Source of the DNA: Candidatus Jordarchaeia archaeon
Lineage (GTDB): Archaea; Asgardarchaeota; Jordiarchaeia; Jordiarchaeales; Jordiarchaeaceae
Direction of reading: 5' to 3'
Assembly: GCA_029856435.1 (NCBI GenBank)
Contig: JAHQXB010000021.1
Span: 1 to 28,816 of the forward strand
DNA length: 28,816 nucleotides
Positions within the stretch are counted from its first letter, which is position 1. Each line of letters begins with the position of its first letter. The notes under the pieces are model-generated. The model was not told the DNA's origin. It made no database searches and saw only the letters and a list, made by a program, of their open reading frames with translations. A program made the position numbers and the translations under genes. This document shows, in pieces, positions 1 to 10,277 of this stretch.

Positions 1-654
1 GGACAGGTACACATTGGACCGTATATTCTACAGTTGCCGTAAACATCTGCATCCTGTACATGTATTAATCCCACATTGGGATGGGTGGCGAGCACCAAGT
101 GGATTTTCTTTCCCGTGAATGGACAAGTCACCGTCTTTCCCCTATGGCTCCTCGCTATATCCGTTAATGAACTATCCCTGGTGGGTATGCATGGTATTCC
201 CATAGCTCCGGCTTTGAACCTTGCGGACATACCATAATTAGTCCAATCTTCGACCTGTATCATACCATTCTCCGCTAAGTAACGGAAGGCTGGTGCCAGT
301 CCAATTACTTCGTATGCCCACCAAGCTATTTCGGCGGCTTTTATGGAAACATGGTTTTCATCCACTATCATTGCTGCTGCCAGAAATTCTCCTGCTAGGG
401 AAAGGGACTGAGCGGATATTATTAGGTTTTTTCTTCCCTGTCTTATTATTTCGTGTACAATGGCAACAGGCTGTCTAGAATTAACGAATCCACCAATACC
501 CAAGGAATCCCCATTTTTCACAAATTTTTTCACAGCTTCCTTAAGACTCGTAGCCTTCTCTCTTAGATCCTTTGGTTTTTCCACCAAACGTCTCCTAGCC
601 TCATCAGGTGTCAAGCCCCAAAAACTCTATTGGCTCAACTTTTCCTTCTAACAT
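1..654 (-). CDS. Family I CoA-transferase alpha subunit (glutaconate CoA-transferase A-like). Runs off the left edge; 1-nt frameshift near codon 12
   Basis: Not in the ORF track. Manual translation: ATG at 654 gives MLEGKVEPIEF. After a T5 run (620-624; T4 would be in frame) it continues FWGLTPDEARRRLVEKPKDLREKATSLKEAVKKFVKNGDSLGIGGF...HEIIRQG...RFKAGAMGIPCIP...CPFTGKKIHLV...IHVQDADVYGNC, open to position 1. Collinear with the paralogue at 2799-3839. Confidence 0.85.
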
Positions 655-1092
655 TCAAAACACCCAAGATTGCGCTTTTTTTCTCGAAACAACACCTTCC
701 AGTAAATGCCTATCTAACCCGACTTGTTGAACTAGCAAAGAAGTTCACCGATGTTCAGGTATCCTAAATCCACTTTCCCACCGTGAGGTTCTTTATCCTA
801 CGTTTTATCCTGCTCATAAATGTTATGCGCCGAAACCTCTGTTAAATTTCGGAAAACGGAGGAATGTATAAATTATTTAATCTTTTCCTAAAGATGGGGG
901 TTAAACAAAAACACTAAAGGATATAATATAAAATGATTAATTTAAAAAATTTAAAAAAAGAGCACAACAAGTTCTCGATCTTACAATCACAGCCCGCGCC
1001 TGTTAAACCCACATATTTAGAGTTAGCCACCCCAATAAGATGACCATAACCTTCTCTTAAGAAAAATTATGGAAGGGGCGGAGTAGATATGG

Positions 1093-1887
1093 CTACTTTT
1101 TCTTCTCTAAAAAGGCTTTCACCCGTTCCCGGTGAGCATCTGTTTGGAAGCATATCGCTTGCATAGTCATTTCGTAATCCATTGCTTCTCCCAAGCTTGT
1201 AGTCATAGCTTTATTAATGGTTTTCTTAGCTGCTCCCAATGTTCTCGGAGGAAGACTAGCCAGTATTCTTGCATACTCTTTGGCTGTAGGCATCAAGTCC
1301 TTTTCTGGAACAACCTTGTTCACCATTCCAATTCGCTCAGCTTCCTCCGCGGACACCATCTTTCCCATCATAATAATTTCCTTCGCCCTCTGTAAACCCA
1401 CAAGCCTAGGAAGCAGCCAGCTTCCACCTCCATCAGGAACTAATCCTACGTGAATGAAAACCTCGCCGAACCTAGCGTTCTCCGAAGCTATGACGAAGTC
1501 GCAGGCCAAGGCCCAGTTGCAGGCACCTCCAGCCGCCACTCCATTAACCGCGGCTATAATAGGCTTCTCATAGTTCCAAATTCTGTTGGTTACCTCAGAT
1601 GTGGACTGATACAAGGCTTGTCTCAGCAAGAGTGGGTCTAACTGGTGGGCGTCCTTCATAGTTCCAATATCTCCACCAGCACTAAACGCCCTACCTGCGC
1701 CTGTTAGAATAATGACTTTTACCTCGTCATCTATATATAAGGTATCCAATGCGTGCTTCATTTCCTCCTGCAACTCGAGGTTTAAAGCGTTTAGTTTTTC
1801 GGGGCGATTCATGGTTATTATAGCAATATCTTTTTCTTTCTCAACAATAATGTATTGGTAAGGAATAACCTTCACACTCCTCAACAT
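1093..1887 (-). CDS. Enoyl-CoA hydratase/isomerase (crotonase) family protein, PaaG-like
   Basis: Motifs ITMNRPEKLNAL, LTGAGRAFSAGGD, KPIIAAVNGVAAGG, LVPDGGGSWLLPRLVG. Confidence 0.92.
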   Translation of the reverse strand: MLRSVKVIPYQYIIVEKEKDIAIITMNRPEKLNALNLELQEEMKHALDTLYIDDEVKVIILTGAGRAFSAGGDIGTMKDAHQLDPLLLRQALYQSTSEVTNRIWNYEKPIIAAVNGVAAGGACNWALACDFVIASENARFGEVFIHVGLVPDGGGSWLLPRLVGLQRAKEIIMMGKMVSAEEAERIGMVNKVVPEKDLMPTAKEYARILASLPPRTLGAAKKTINKAMTTSLGEAMDYEMTMQAICFQTDAHRERVKAFLEKKK

Positions 1888-2010
1888 CTTCAGAAAATTT
1901 CAAATTAAAAAACTAATGATATCAAACCTCTTTTATAACTTTCTTAAAAAAAGAAAACAGAAAAATGAGAAGGAAACGAGAAAATAAAAAAATGGTTTTA
2001 GTATATCCTG

Positions 2011-2787
2011 CTATTTACCTATGGATACTCCTTGTGGATCAAGCTCGTGAAGTATTTTGATTTCCTTTTCAGTGGGTATAGGAGTTGTTTGAAGGTTGTC
2101 TGCGACAAGCAGCTCGAAGCTACAGTTCTCCTTTACCTGCTCAAGCGTAACGCCGGGATGTAAGGATATTAGTCTCATCCTCTTAGTCTTTTCCTCGAAG
2201 TCGTATATGCCCAGTTGCGTTATCACCCTGTAGGGACCAGAACCTTCTGGAAGCCCAGCTTTTTCTCGCGCCCCCGGTCCAGATAGGTAACCCGGAGTTG
2301 TTATGAAGTCAACCTTCTTCACAAAGGTTCTCGGAGCTTGGTTCCTCATAATGTAAATAGTTTTGTGAGATAGCGAACCGATGTCGTTTGCTCCACCGCT
2401 TCCCGGGAATCGTACCTTTGGAAGGTCGTGGTCTCCAATGCAGGTGGTGTTTAGGTTACCATACATATCTATCTGGGCGCCTCCCAAGAAGCCGTAGTCG
2501 ATGTAACCCGCCTGGCAGGCAGACATAACGTCATGCATGCTGGAGGCCCCCACTGCCTTGTGGAATGTTCTTGAGTCACCAACTGAGATGGGTAGGGTTG
2601 GTATTTGTGGCCCCATACCGCCCGCTTCAAATATAATTAATAGGTTTGGTGCATGTGTTCTTTGGGCCAACATGGATGCAATCATGGGCAAGCCGGTTCC
2701 CACGAAAACCGATTTTTTGTCTTCAAGTAACTTTGCTGCCGCTACTGCTAGAAGTTCACCCATTGTATATTTAACTTCCTTACTCAT
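2011..2787 (-). CDS. Family I CoA-transferase beta subunit (GctB-like)
   Basis: VFVGTGLP, catalytic Glu in IFEAG, GFLGGAQIDMYGNLN, GSGGAND. Lies 11 bp downstream of the alpha subunit gene. Confidence 0.92.
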   Translation of the reverse strand: MSKEVKYTMGELLAVAAAKLLEDKKSVFVGTGLPMIASMLAQRTHAPNLLIIFEAGGMGPQIPTLPISVGDSRTFHKAVGASSMHDVMSACQAGYIDYGFLGGAQIDMYGNLNTTCIGDHDLPKVRFPGSGGANDIGSLSHKTIYIMRNQAPRTFVKKVDFITTPGYLSGPGAREKAGLPEGSGPYRVITQLGIYDFEEKTKRMRLISLHPGVTLEQVKENCSFELLVADNLQTTPIPTEKEIKILHELDPQGVSIGK

Positions 2788-2798
2788 TTATCTTCACC

Positions 2799-3839
2799 TC
2801 ACTTTTTACGCCAGGGAGCTACCATGGGCGCCCTTAACTGTTCAACTCTCTTAAGATAGTTTAGCTTCTTAACTCCACCTATAAGCTTCAAGTACTCTTC
2901 GAAATCCTCAGCACCGAATACATACTTTTCAAGATATTTCTGTGTACCCTCCTCCGTTGCGGAGAGTTCAAGCCACTCGGCAATGTGTTCCTCGTCAAAG
3001 AAATACATTAAAGGCATCTGGCAGGGATGAGAACCGAAGGGTACTTCACAAACTGCGTCCACACAATAGAATGGAATCGCAGTCCTCCAAGGTTCGCTTC
3101 GAATCCTATTTTCTGGAATTATCTCCTCAGTTGTAATTATTAGTCTCCTTGCGGACCTTGCGAGTTCAAAGTCTTCTACCAGTATGCCGTCGATTTGGGC
3201 ATTACCATATATGTCACATCGAGGCACATGGATAAAAACCACGTCGGGGTTGCATGAGGGAATTAAACATATGGGCTTCCCGCTGAAGGGGTCTTCAATT
3301 ACTATGGATGAGCTGTAGTTGAAAGTGTCTGTGCCAACAAGGTTGCGTGAGGGTATGAAGGGTACTCCCATCATTCCTCCGAGAAAGCGCCACTGGTAAC
3401 CGGCGTTGCTTATTTCCGCGATAACTTTACATTTTCCTCCTTCAACCATTCTTCTCGAGGCGGGGGAGAGACCTCTCAACTCATGACCGAATGAGTAGGC
3501 AACCTCAACTTTGTTAACCACACCGGAGCCCACGAGCACATCAAGGTCATGTACAGCTGTTTTTCCAGCCATTACTAGGTTCCTTTTTCTCTGCCTTATT
3601 ATTTCATAGATTACTGACATGGAGACCCTGATGTGGCCGAACCCACCTGAGGCGATGTAGCTTCCGTCTTTAACGAATTTGGAAACTGCTTCCTTCACTG
3701 TCATGGTTTTGTCTACTAAGTCTCGGGTTTTGTTTTCCTTTATCCATTTTCGATGCTCATCTGGATCGTGCCAGCCTACTAGCTCACCTTTTCCCTTAGC
3801 TAAGATTTTCAAATCTCTATCAATTTTCAGTTTTGTCAC
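2799..3839 (-). CDS. Family I CoA-transferase alpha subunit (GctA-like)
   Basis: MTVKEAVSKFVKDGSYIASGGF, GGMMGVPFIP, PDVVFIHVPRCDIYGNAQI, VDAVCEVPFGSHP. Operon arrangement with the beta subunit. Confidence 0.92.
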   Translation of the reverse strand: MTKLKIDRDLKILAKGKGELVGWHDPDEHRKWIKENKTRDLVDKTMTVKEAVSKFVKDGSYIASGGFGHIRVSMSVIYEIIRQRKRNLVMAGKTAVHDLDVLVGSGVVNKVEVAYSFGHELRGLSPASRRMVEGGKCKVIAEISNAGYQWRFLGGMMGVPFIPSRNLVGTDTFNYSSSIVIEDPFSGKPICLIPSCNPDVVFIHVPRCDIYGNAQIDGILVEDFELARSARRLIITTEEIIPENRIRSEPWRTAIPFYCVDAVCEVPFGSHPCQMPLMYFFDEEHIAEWLELSATEEGTQKYLEKYVFGAEDFEEYLKLIGGVKKLNYLKRVEQLRAPMVAPWRKK

Positions 3840-4360
3840 GATAGGTCACCCTTTAAAGGAATTAGGAGAACAACAAATTTAAGTAGTTTATATTTTTTTC
3901 TCAAAGATGTCCACTAATTAAAAATAATAAACATTTAATTTTCCCAGCAACCTTCTGTCCTAAACTCCCTTCTGACCACCAATACTCCCCGGACTTAGCT
4001 ATTAAGTAAAAAGAATACAATTTATAGGCTTTCCATTTAATTTTTTTCCGCCTTTTTTGGGGAAAGAGGCCTTAAATAACCCCGGTTAAGAAGAGGTTTA
4101 GGAAAAAATTAGAAAAGTATAGGATACACTGTCAATTTATAAAAAAATAAGGGGTATGAGTTTTTAAGGAGGATTTTTGGAAAAGACGCCCATTGGTAGA
4201 GTATTGATTTCTAGAAGTGGTTCAAGGACTGGAAAAGCAACCGGCTTTATGCGCAGCAGGGAAAAATAGCATTAGTATAATTATTTAAAGTTGAAGACCC
4301 TTAAAGAAGAAGGGCGAGAACACCAAAGAATTTGGTAGAAAAACTATGTTAATTTAAGAG

Positions 4361-5176
4361 GTGTTTTATGTGAAGGTGAAAGTTTGTATGACCAACAGTC
4401 CTTTCAGGGACCTGCTGGAGGAAGTTAAATTTGCTGGGGAGAATGGTTTTAATGGCTTTGAAATAGTTTTTGAGTATCCCTTCTCAACCCCGGAGCAAAT
4501 ATTATCTAAGAAGAAGCAGCTACTAGACACACTCTCAACATATAACCTTGTAAGACTTGCACATACCCCAACCTTTGTGGACATCTGCAATTTTTACGAT
4601 GGACTGAGAGAAGCATCTGTCCAGGAAACCATAAAGGCGATAAATGCAGCCTATGAGCTGGAAGTGCGCCTCCTAACGGTGCATCCCGGCTTCCGCTTTC
4701 CCCTTCTACCCAAAGAAAAAGCCTATCAGAACACCGTTCAGTCCCTGAGTAAACTTCTGAAAAAAGCAGAAGACTATGACATGATTCTCGGTGTTGAAAA
4801 CCTACCCTCAGGATTCTTCCCTTCCTCCGACCACTTCACAAGGGTTAAGGAGTTCGAAGACCTTTTCAACCAGCTGGCATCAGATAGGCTCTCCCTCATC
4901 TTAGACATTTCTCACGCCCACCTCCGCGGATCAGATCCACCCCACGAGTTCATCGATAAGCTCTATAACCGGGTAGCCCACATACACGTTAGCGACCACC
5001 TTGGAGAAAGAGACGACCACCTCCCATTGGGTGCAGGTAGAACCAACTACAAAGCACCCCTCGAGGAACTAGCGAAAAAAGGATACAACAAAACCATAAC
5101 TCTAGAAGTCTTCACCATAGATAGAGACTATTTAATCCTGAGCAAAGATAAAGTGAAAAAAATTTTTGAAAAATAA
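4361..5176 (+). CDS. Sugar phosphate isomerase/epimerase (xylose isomerase-like / AP endonuclease 2 TIM barrel)
   Basis: Metal-binding motifs GFEI, VHPG, GVEN, LDISHAH, HIHVSD..G..DDHLPLG.G, TLEV. The true start may be a few codons downstream. Confidence 0.85.
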   Translation: MFYVKVKVCMTNSPFRDLLEEVKFAGENGFNGFEIVFEYPFSTPEQILSKKKQLLDTLSTYNLVRLAHTPTFVDICNFYDGLREASVQETIKAINAAYELEVRLLTVHPGFRFPLLPKEKAYQNTVQSLSKLLKKAEDYDMILGVENLPSGFFPSSDHFTRVKEFEDLFNQLASDRLSLILDISHAHLRGSDPPHEFIDKLYNRVAHIHVSDHLGERDDHLPLGAGRTNYKAPLEELAKKGYNKTITLEVFTIDRDYLILSKDKVKKIFEK

Positions 5177-5627
5177 AAGGAAAAACAAATTCTTTTCCCA
5201 ACGTGCAGTAAAACCTAGATACGTACCCATATTAACTGTAACCCACAACCTTTGTGAACAACCGTTTCTGAGTTGGAAACAACTCTCACCCCCCCTTAAC
5301 AACTCGAAAACAGGAAACTATGAGGAAAGCACAGAAGCAAAAGCAGGTTCATCCCAACAGTAGGTTAACACTCTTTGGGAACACATTTAAACATATGAAC
5401 TTGTTTATCCCTTTTTGAACAATAAACAGAAAGAGGTCACCAACGTCAAGAAGAACTTATTCTTCATGTGAGTTAATCGTCGGGCTGAAGAACCCTTACC
5501 TTCACTCTCTCATTCTAAAGGGGAGAGAAATAAAACAGCAAGGTTTCCTTGAGATAAACTATTTGTGAACCTAGTTATTTATTAAGGGGAGATAGGGAGT
5601 TATTGATGAATACAAATATGTGGAGGT

Positions 5628-6425
5628 GTGCTTTTGAAGGAGTTTTCGGAGCAGAGGTTAGGTGGTAGGATAGCTCTGGTTACTGGGAGCGGTTCCGGCA
5701 TTGGCAGAGCGATTAGTGTCCGTTACGCTAAGGAAGGGGCAGACATTGTGGTTAACGACGTAAATTTGGAAGGGGCAAATGAGACTGCAAAGATGATAGA
5801 AAAACTAGGAAGAAAAGTTATGGTTGTCCGAGCCGATGTGGGAAAATCAGCCGAAGTGGAGGCAATGATCGAAAAGGTTTACAATAAGTGGGGAAGACTA
5901 GACATTCTAGTTAATAACGCTGGCATAAGTGGCCTCCCTTATATTCTCATTGAGCAGACCGAGGAAGAGTGGGATCGCGTCATGAATACTAATGTTAAGG
6001 GTGCTTGGCTTTGCTCAAAATTTGCTGCCATAAGAATGCTAAAACAGGAGAAAAAGTTTGGGGAATTAAGGGGAAAAATAATTAACATTGCTTCGATAGC
6101 GGGTAAAACAGCGGTTCCTCACATCGGTGCCTATTCGGTGAGCAAGTTTGGTGTGGTGGCTTTAACTCAAGTTTTGGCGAAGGAGTTGGCTCCCGACATA
6201 ACTGTAAATGCCATTTGTCCCGGTTTCCATGTGACAGGCATCTACCTTAATAGTGAGGAGGTGGTAAGGGAGTCTATGAAGACTTTTAAGGCTCCAGAAA
6301 TTCTTAGGGGAAGATTGGGAACCGCGGATGATGTGGCTCCACTAGCTGCTTTTCTGGCATCAACTGATTCGGACTATATGACCGGGCAATCGATTAACAT
6401 TGATGGAGGCGTAGAATTCCATTAG
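5628..6425 (+). CDS. Short-chain dehydrogenase/reductase (SDR)
   Basis: TGSGSGIG, NNAG, NIASIAG, YSVSK catalytic motif, NAICPG, YMTGQSINIDGG. GGAGG precedes the GTG start. Confidence 0.95.
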   Translation: MLLKEFSEQRLGGRIALVTGSGSGIGRAISVRYAKEGADIVVNDVNLEGANETAKMIEKLGRKVMVVRADVGKSAEVEAMIEKVYNKWGRLDILVNNAGISGLPYILIEQTEEEWDRVMNTNVKGAWLCSKFAAIRMLKQEKKFGELRGKIINIASIAGKTAVPHIGAYSVSKFGVVALTQVLAKELAPDITVNAICPGFHVTGIYLNSEEVVRESMKTFKAPEILRGRLGTADDVAPLAAFLASTDSDYMTGQSINIDGGVEFH

Positions 6426-6463
6426 AGAACAGCTTACAAAAATTGTCGGGTTACCCTTCTACA

Positions 6464-7633
6464 TCATTGATGTTTTGCAACGGTGTCTGGCAGGGTTTTA
6501 TAGTATTCCGTCATTTCTTTTGCAATGTTTTCCCATCGGAATTTGCCGAGTTTCCCCCATCCCTTTTTTCCCATGTTTTTGGTGGCTTCAAGGTCGTTTA
6601 GACAATAGTTTACCCCCCAAGCGATTGATTCAGGGTTTACATAGACTTTAACTCCATCTACAAAGTTTTCTATGTTTTCTGAGAGGCCTCCCACCTCTGT
6701 TGCTACAACGCCTTTTTTGGCGCTCCAGGCTTCCAGTAAAACTAGGCCGAAGGGTTCATTTCTGCTTGGAATAACTACTAGATCTACGGAGTTGAGTAGT
6801 CTGACGAATTCCATGTCTGGAAGGTAGCCTAGAAATCTTACGCGTCCTCCAAAATCCTTTGACCAGCCTTCTAGGTAAGAGCGCATGTCTCCGTCTCCTG
6901 CAAAGAGGAATTTTGCGTTTTTGTGATTTTCCAGAATTTTTGGTACTGCTTGGAGAAGCAGGTCTGGTCCTTTCTGATAGACGAGCCTGCCCATGTAGAA
7001 TACCAGCGGTTCTTGAGAGTTTACGCCGTACTCCTTTTTCACCTTCTCTGCGTCGACATTCATGTGGAACTTTTCAGGCTCTATTCCGTTTGGGATGACT
7101 TTAATTTTCCAGTCTGGGATGTTGTAGAGCCACATGGCCTCTTTCCTTAAAGCCTGCGAAATTGTAGTAATTTTTCTGCATATGAGGGCGGCGTACCATT
7201 CTTTGCCAGAGATCTCTTTATATTCCCACCAGTCTCCAAAATTGTTTCCATTTCTGCCGTATTCTGTGGAGTGGAAAGTTAGGACAGTTGGTCGGTTTTG
7301 AAGGAGGTGTAGTGCTTCGGTGGGATGCCAATCGTGGAAGTGGAGAATATCAAAATCTCCATTCTTTTCTTCAGCTAAATAGTCCTCCACCATTTTTAGA
7401 CTCATATTTTTGCAGTAATCAACTATGTTTGCTCCAGAGGGCCAACAGCGATGATAGAAAACACCCCGCTTTTCAATATTCTTCCTCTGAGTCCTCAAAC
7501 CTGGTGTAAAGTAGTGAACTTCATGCTCCCTCGCTAAACTTTCGGCGAGATTAGTAGCTGCCATGGCAAGCCCTCCCACTCTCACCGAGTAGAGGGACTC
7601 CCAGCAGAAGAACGCTAATCTAAGAGTTTCCAT
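6464..7633 (-). CDS. Glycosyltransferase family 4 (GT-B; starch/glycogen synthase-like N-terminus)
   Basis: VGGL, HFHDWH, VIPNGI, GRLVYQKG, PSRNEPFGLVLLEAW, GGLSE. Confidence 0.92.
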   Translation of the reverse strand: METLRLAFFCWESLYSVRVGGLAMAATNLAESLAREHEVHYFTPGLRTQRKNIEKRGVFYHRCWPSGANIVDYCKNMSLKMVEDYLAEEKNGDFDILHFHDWHPTEALHLLQNRPTVLTFHSTEYGRNGNNFGDWWEYKEISGKEWYAALICRKITTISQALRKEAMWLYNIPDWKIKVIPNGIEPEKFHMNVDAEKVKKEYGVNSQEPLVFYMGRLVYQKGPDLLLQAVPKILENHKNAKFLFAGDGDMRSYLEGWSKDFGGRVRFLGYLPDMEFVRLLNSVDLVVIPSRNEPFGLVLLEAWSAKKGVVATEVGGLSENIENFVDGVKVYVNPESIAWGVNYCLNDLEATKNMGKKGWGKLGKFRWENIAKEMTEYYKTLPDTVAKHQ

Positions 7634-7892
7634 AACTCCTCAACCCTAATTCCTAAAGAGCTCGCTTCTAAACTGGAGACATCATGCAGCATTCTGCTCC
7701 ATGACTTCTCGCCCCCAAACCCGCAGTAAGTTTTTCTCCTCATCCACCCAAAAGTTTACCATTATCTCAATTAACGTACTCCATTGTTTAAATATAAAGC
7801 TTACTCGATAAATCTGAAAAACTTAGCATGCCTTTTTATTTTCCCGAAAGATTTAAGTAAAACTTGGAATCCTTTAGGTTCGGTGGGTTGCT

Positions 7893-8342
7893 ATGAGTTA
7901 TACCGGAAAGACTTTCCCGGAATTTAAGGTAGGAGATAAGCTGGTTTCGCCTTCAATAACAGTCACCGAATCTCATATAGCACTGTTTGCCGGCCTATCT
8001 GGAGATTTTAACCCCCTTCACACAAATGAGGAGTTTGCCCAAAAAATGCCCTTCAAGGGGAGAATTGCACACGGAATGTTGACCGTATCTATGGAGTCTG
8101 GATTCATTGGTATGCTCTTAGCTGGAACTGCAATCGCGTTTCTGGAAGCGGAGTACAAGTTTAAAGCTCCCGTAAAAATTAACGACACCATCCACACAGA
8201 ACTTGAGGTGGCAGAGACTAAACCAGTGCAGAAATATGACGGAGGAATAGTTAAATTCAACATGCAGATAAAGAACCAAAGAGGCGAAACTGTGGTCGAA
8301 GGCTACGCCACAGTCATGGTATCAAACAAAAGACCAAGCTGA
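7893..8342 (+). CDS. MaoC/hot-dog fold (R)-specific enoyl-CoA dehydratase
   Basis: FAGLSGDFNPLH, RIAHGML, FKAPVKINDT. BRE/TATA-like CCGAAAGATTTAAGTA near 7844-7859. Confidence 0.92.
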   Translation: MSYTGKTFPEFKVGDKLVSPSITVTESHIALFAGLSGDFNPLHTNEEFAQKMPFKGRIAHGMLTVSMESGFIGMLLAGTAIAFLEAEYKFKAPVKINDTIHTELEVAETKPVQKYDGGIVKFNMQIKNQRGETVVEGYATVMVSNKRPS

Positions 8343-8781
8343 AAACAACAAAATACCTCAAAAAAATTCCTACCAGATTTTTAGATCCAGACCCTTTATT
8401 TCCCCATTAATATAAATATCGCCATTCCAGTTTTGGAAATGTTCGCCACCAAAGCTGTATGCTTCCATTCCCTTTTTTTGACTTCATTTACTGAAAAACG
8501 CTCATAACTAAGAATTTTGTGGCTGTCCCATTTTGTAGGCAGACTTGGGGAGACTTGTCCAACCTTATTGGGAAAGGTGTTTTTATGGGGTTTCCCCTTC
8601 AGGCTGGAACTCGTAATTAAGGGGAAAATCGAATAAATCCACATCGCCGAAAGCCAGCCACAAAAATCTTATTTAAGAGCGAATGAAAAAATAGGGTAGA
8701 AGAAGAATTAAAGCTAAGAAACAGTCAAGTCATTGCGCAATAATCGCACAGTTTGGGAGTTTTTGGTTAAAAAGATAGTTT

Positions 8782-9180
8782 CTATTTCAGGAGTGTTTTT
8801 GCTCGTGAATATTTTATGAATTTCTGCACAATTTTTCGGCTTAACACTCCTACAATTTTATCTTTATCTGTTACCGCTAATCTCTTGTAACCTGTTTTTT
8901 GGAAGAGTTCCCAAGCCTCCTTTAGAGAGGCGTTTTTGTCTATTTTTTGGATTGGCGTAACCATGATGTCTTTGGCGGTTTTCCTAGTGGGATCCTCTCT
9001 ATCCGCTACAAGCCTAAAGATTTGACCATCAGTAATGAGTCCCACTATTTTCCCTTCTTCGTCCTCCACAAAAATAGATCCAACTTCTGCGTCAACCATC
9101 TTTTTGGCAACGTAGGGGACATCATCAGTTATTTTGCAGGTGACAACATTTTGTCTTGCAATGTCACTAACTGTGACCAC
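8782..9180 (-). CDS. CBS domain pair protein
   Basis: Two CBS repeats: VGSIFVED...IVGLITD...KDIMVTP and YKRLAVTDKDKIVGVLS. Confidence 0.9.
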   Translation of the reverse strand: MVTVSDIARQNVVTCKITDDVPYVAKKMVDAEVGSIFVEDEEGKIVGLITDGQIFRLVADREDPTRKTAKDIMVTPIQKIDKNASLKEAWELFQKTGYKRLAVTDKDKIVGVLSRKIVQKFIKYSRAKTLLK

Positions 9181-9444
9181 GAAAGATCACCTCCACAAAA
9201 TAGATTTCTAATTTTTTCCGATTCAAAATTTATAAACTTAACCCACCTGCCTCAAAAAACCAATTCTCAATTAAAAAGACGGCACAAGTGGAATTTTACG
9301 AAACATTTTTCAGATGAAGAATAGACCACCAGAAAAACTCCAAAAAAGGACCCCCAACATAATTAATAGCTTAGTTATTAGCGCCACACCATAAAGACTG
9401 TTTTCAGAGAGATGAGACCTATTTACATAATATGAAGTGAAGCA

Positions 9445-9660
9445 CCGTTCTGCCCCAGCGTTAACCTTGCGTGACTTTGGGTCTACCTCCCCCCGGTTTC
9501 ATGGGGAGACCGGTTCGCCCCGGGGAACGGTTGAGGCAGGCACATCTATCTCCTGCTTTCGGTGGAAGGATGTTCCCAATTGTGTCCATGCCCTCTTTTG
9601 GGCTTTTTCCAACTTCAACCCCGCATTCCGGGCTTTGGCTGGAATCGGCTGCACGACACA
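9445..9660 (-). ncRNA. Candidate omegaRNA (reRNA) scaffold, copy 1
   Basis: GC-rich hairpin-dense segment overlapping the TnpB C-terminal remnant and ending at the element right end, which is the known position of TnpB omegaRNAs. The 5' boundary is approximate. Confidence 0.45.
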
Positions 9661-9771
9661 TGTGTATGTTTGTTTTTGAAGAATGAGGGATTTAATGGTT
9701 TTTCTTTAATGTTAACTGTTGGAGGTTTCTCAGGTTAACAAGCTTCATTCTAAGTAGAAGCAGTTTTAACA
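9445..9771 (-). mobile_element. Non-autonomous IS607/TnpB-derived mini element (MITE-like), copy 1, 327 bp
   Basis: Reverse complement of 15059-15383 with 5 substitutions and 2 indels (2 and 4 nt). Identity stops sharply at TGTTAAAAC (left end) and GCAGAACGG (right end); flanks are unrelated. Encodes TnpB-like scraps in one frame: SSQSPECG, GMDTIGNIL, PMKPGGG. No target-site duplication and no terminal inverted repeats. Confidence 0.8.
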
Positions 9772-9986
9772 CTCCAGAGGTAATCTAAAGCCTCACTAAT
9801 CAAAATTTCGGCCAGAGGTAACAGTATTTTACTATTTGGTTTTTTACAGAGGTATGGAATTTTTGGAAATTACCTGTAGGTTTCCAGGGAGGTGTTCTCT
9901 ATGCAGAGTTAAAATTAGTGCAGTGGGTTAGTAGTATAGGTTTTAATTTGGAGAAGAGATAGGTAACTTTTGAGATTTTCTGAGGC

Positions 9987-10277
9987 TTACACTTCTACGC
10001 CTTTATTTCCTACTAGTTCTTTCTTTGTGTCACTAGGTTTTAAACCGGTAAATTTCTCAATCCGAAGTGATATTAATGGACTCTTCAAATCTTCGATGCT
10101 GAACCTGCAACCTGTGAATATCCCCCTGAAAGGATTGAAGACAATCTTTTTTTCCATTTCGGGTAGCTCACATATAAACGCGCAGTAGCCTCCATCCACC
10201 ACCCTGTTTAGTACACGACAGAATACTTCAGGCACTCCAACTCTCTCCATAATCATGTATTCGGTGAGTACTAACAA
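9987..10277 (-). CDS. Hypothetical protein or fragment of a decayed gene
   Basis: 96-aa ORF with protein-like composition and no recognised motif. Protein-like scraps continue downstream in broken frames. Confidence 0.3.
   Translation of the reverse strand: MLVLTEYMIMERVGVPEVFCRVLNRVVDGGYCAFICELPEMEKKIVFNPFRGIFTGCRFSIEDLKSPLISLRIEKFTGLKPSDTKKELVGNKGVEV

Noticed and set aside
601-624. Programmed frameshift or selenocysteine readthrough at TTTTTGGGG...TGATGA
   Set aside because: The required shift is +1 and there is no XXXYYYZ slippery site. The TGAs are in the wrong frame, so readthrough would not restore the protein.
8396-8644. 82-aa ORF between the MaoC and CBS genes
   Set aside because: No motif, no ribosome-binding site and atypical composition; cannot be supported as a gene.
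9437-9686. Short ORFs in and across the repeat (also 15092-15403, 15151-15357, 15173-15367)
   Set aside because: Indels between the copies change their frames. They are TnpB remnants or antisense shadows, not maintained genes.
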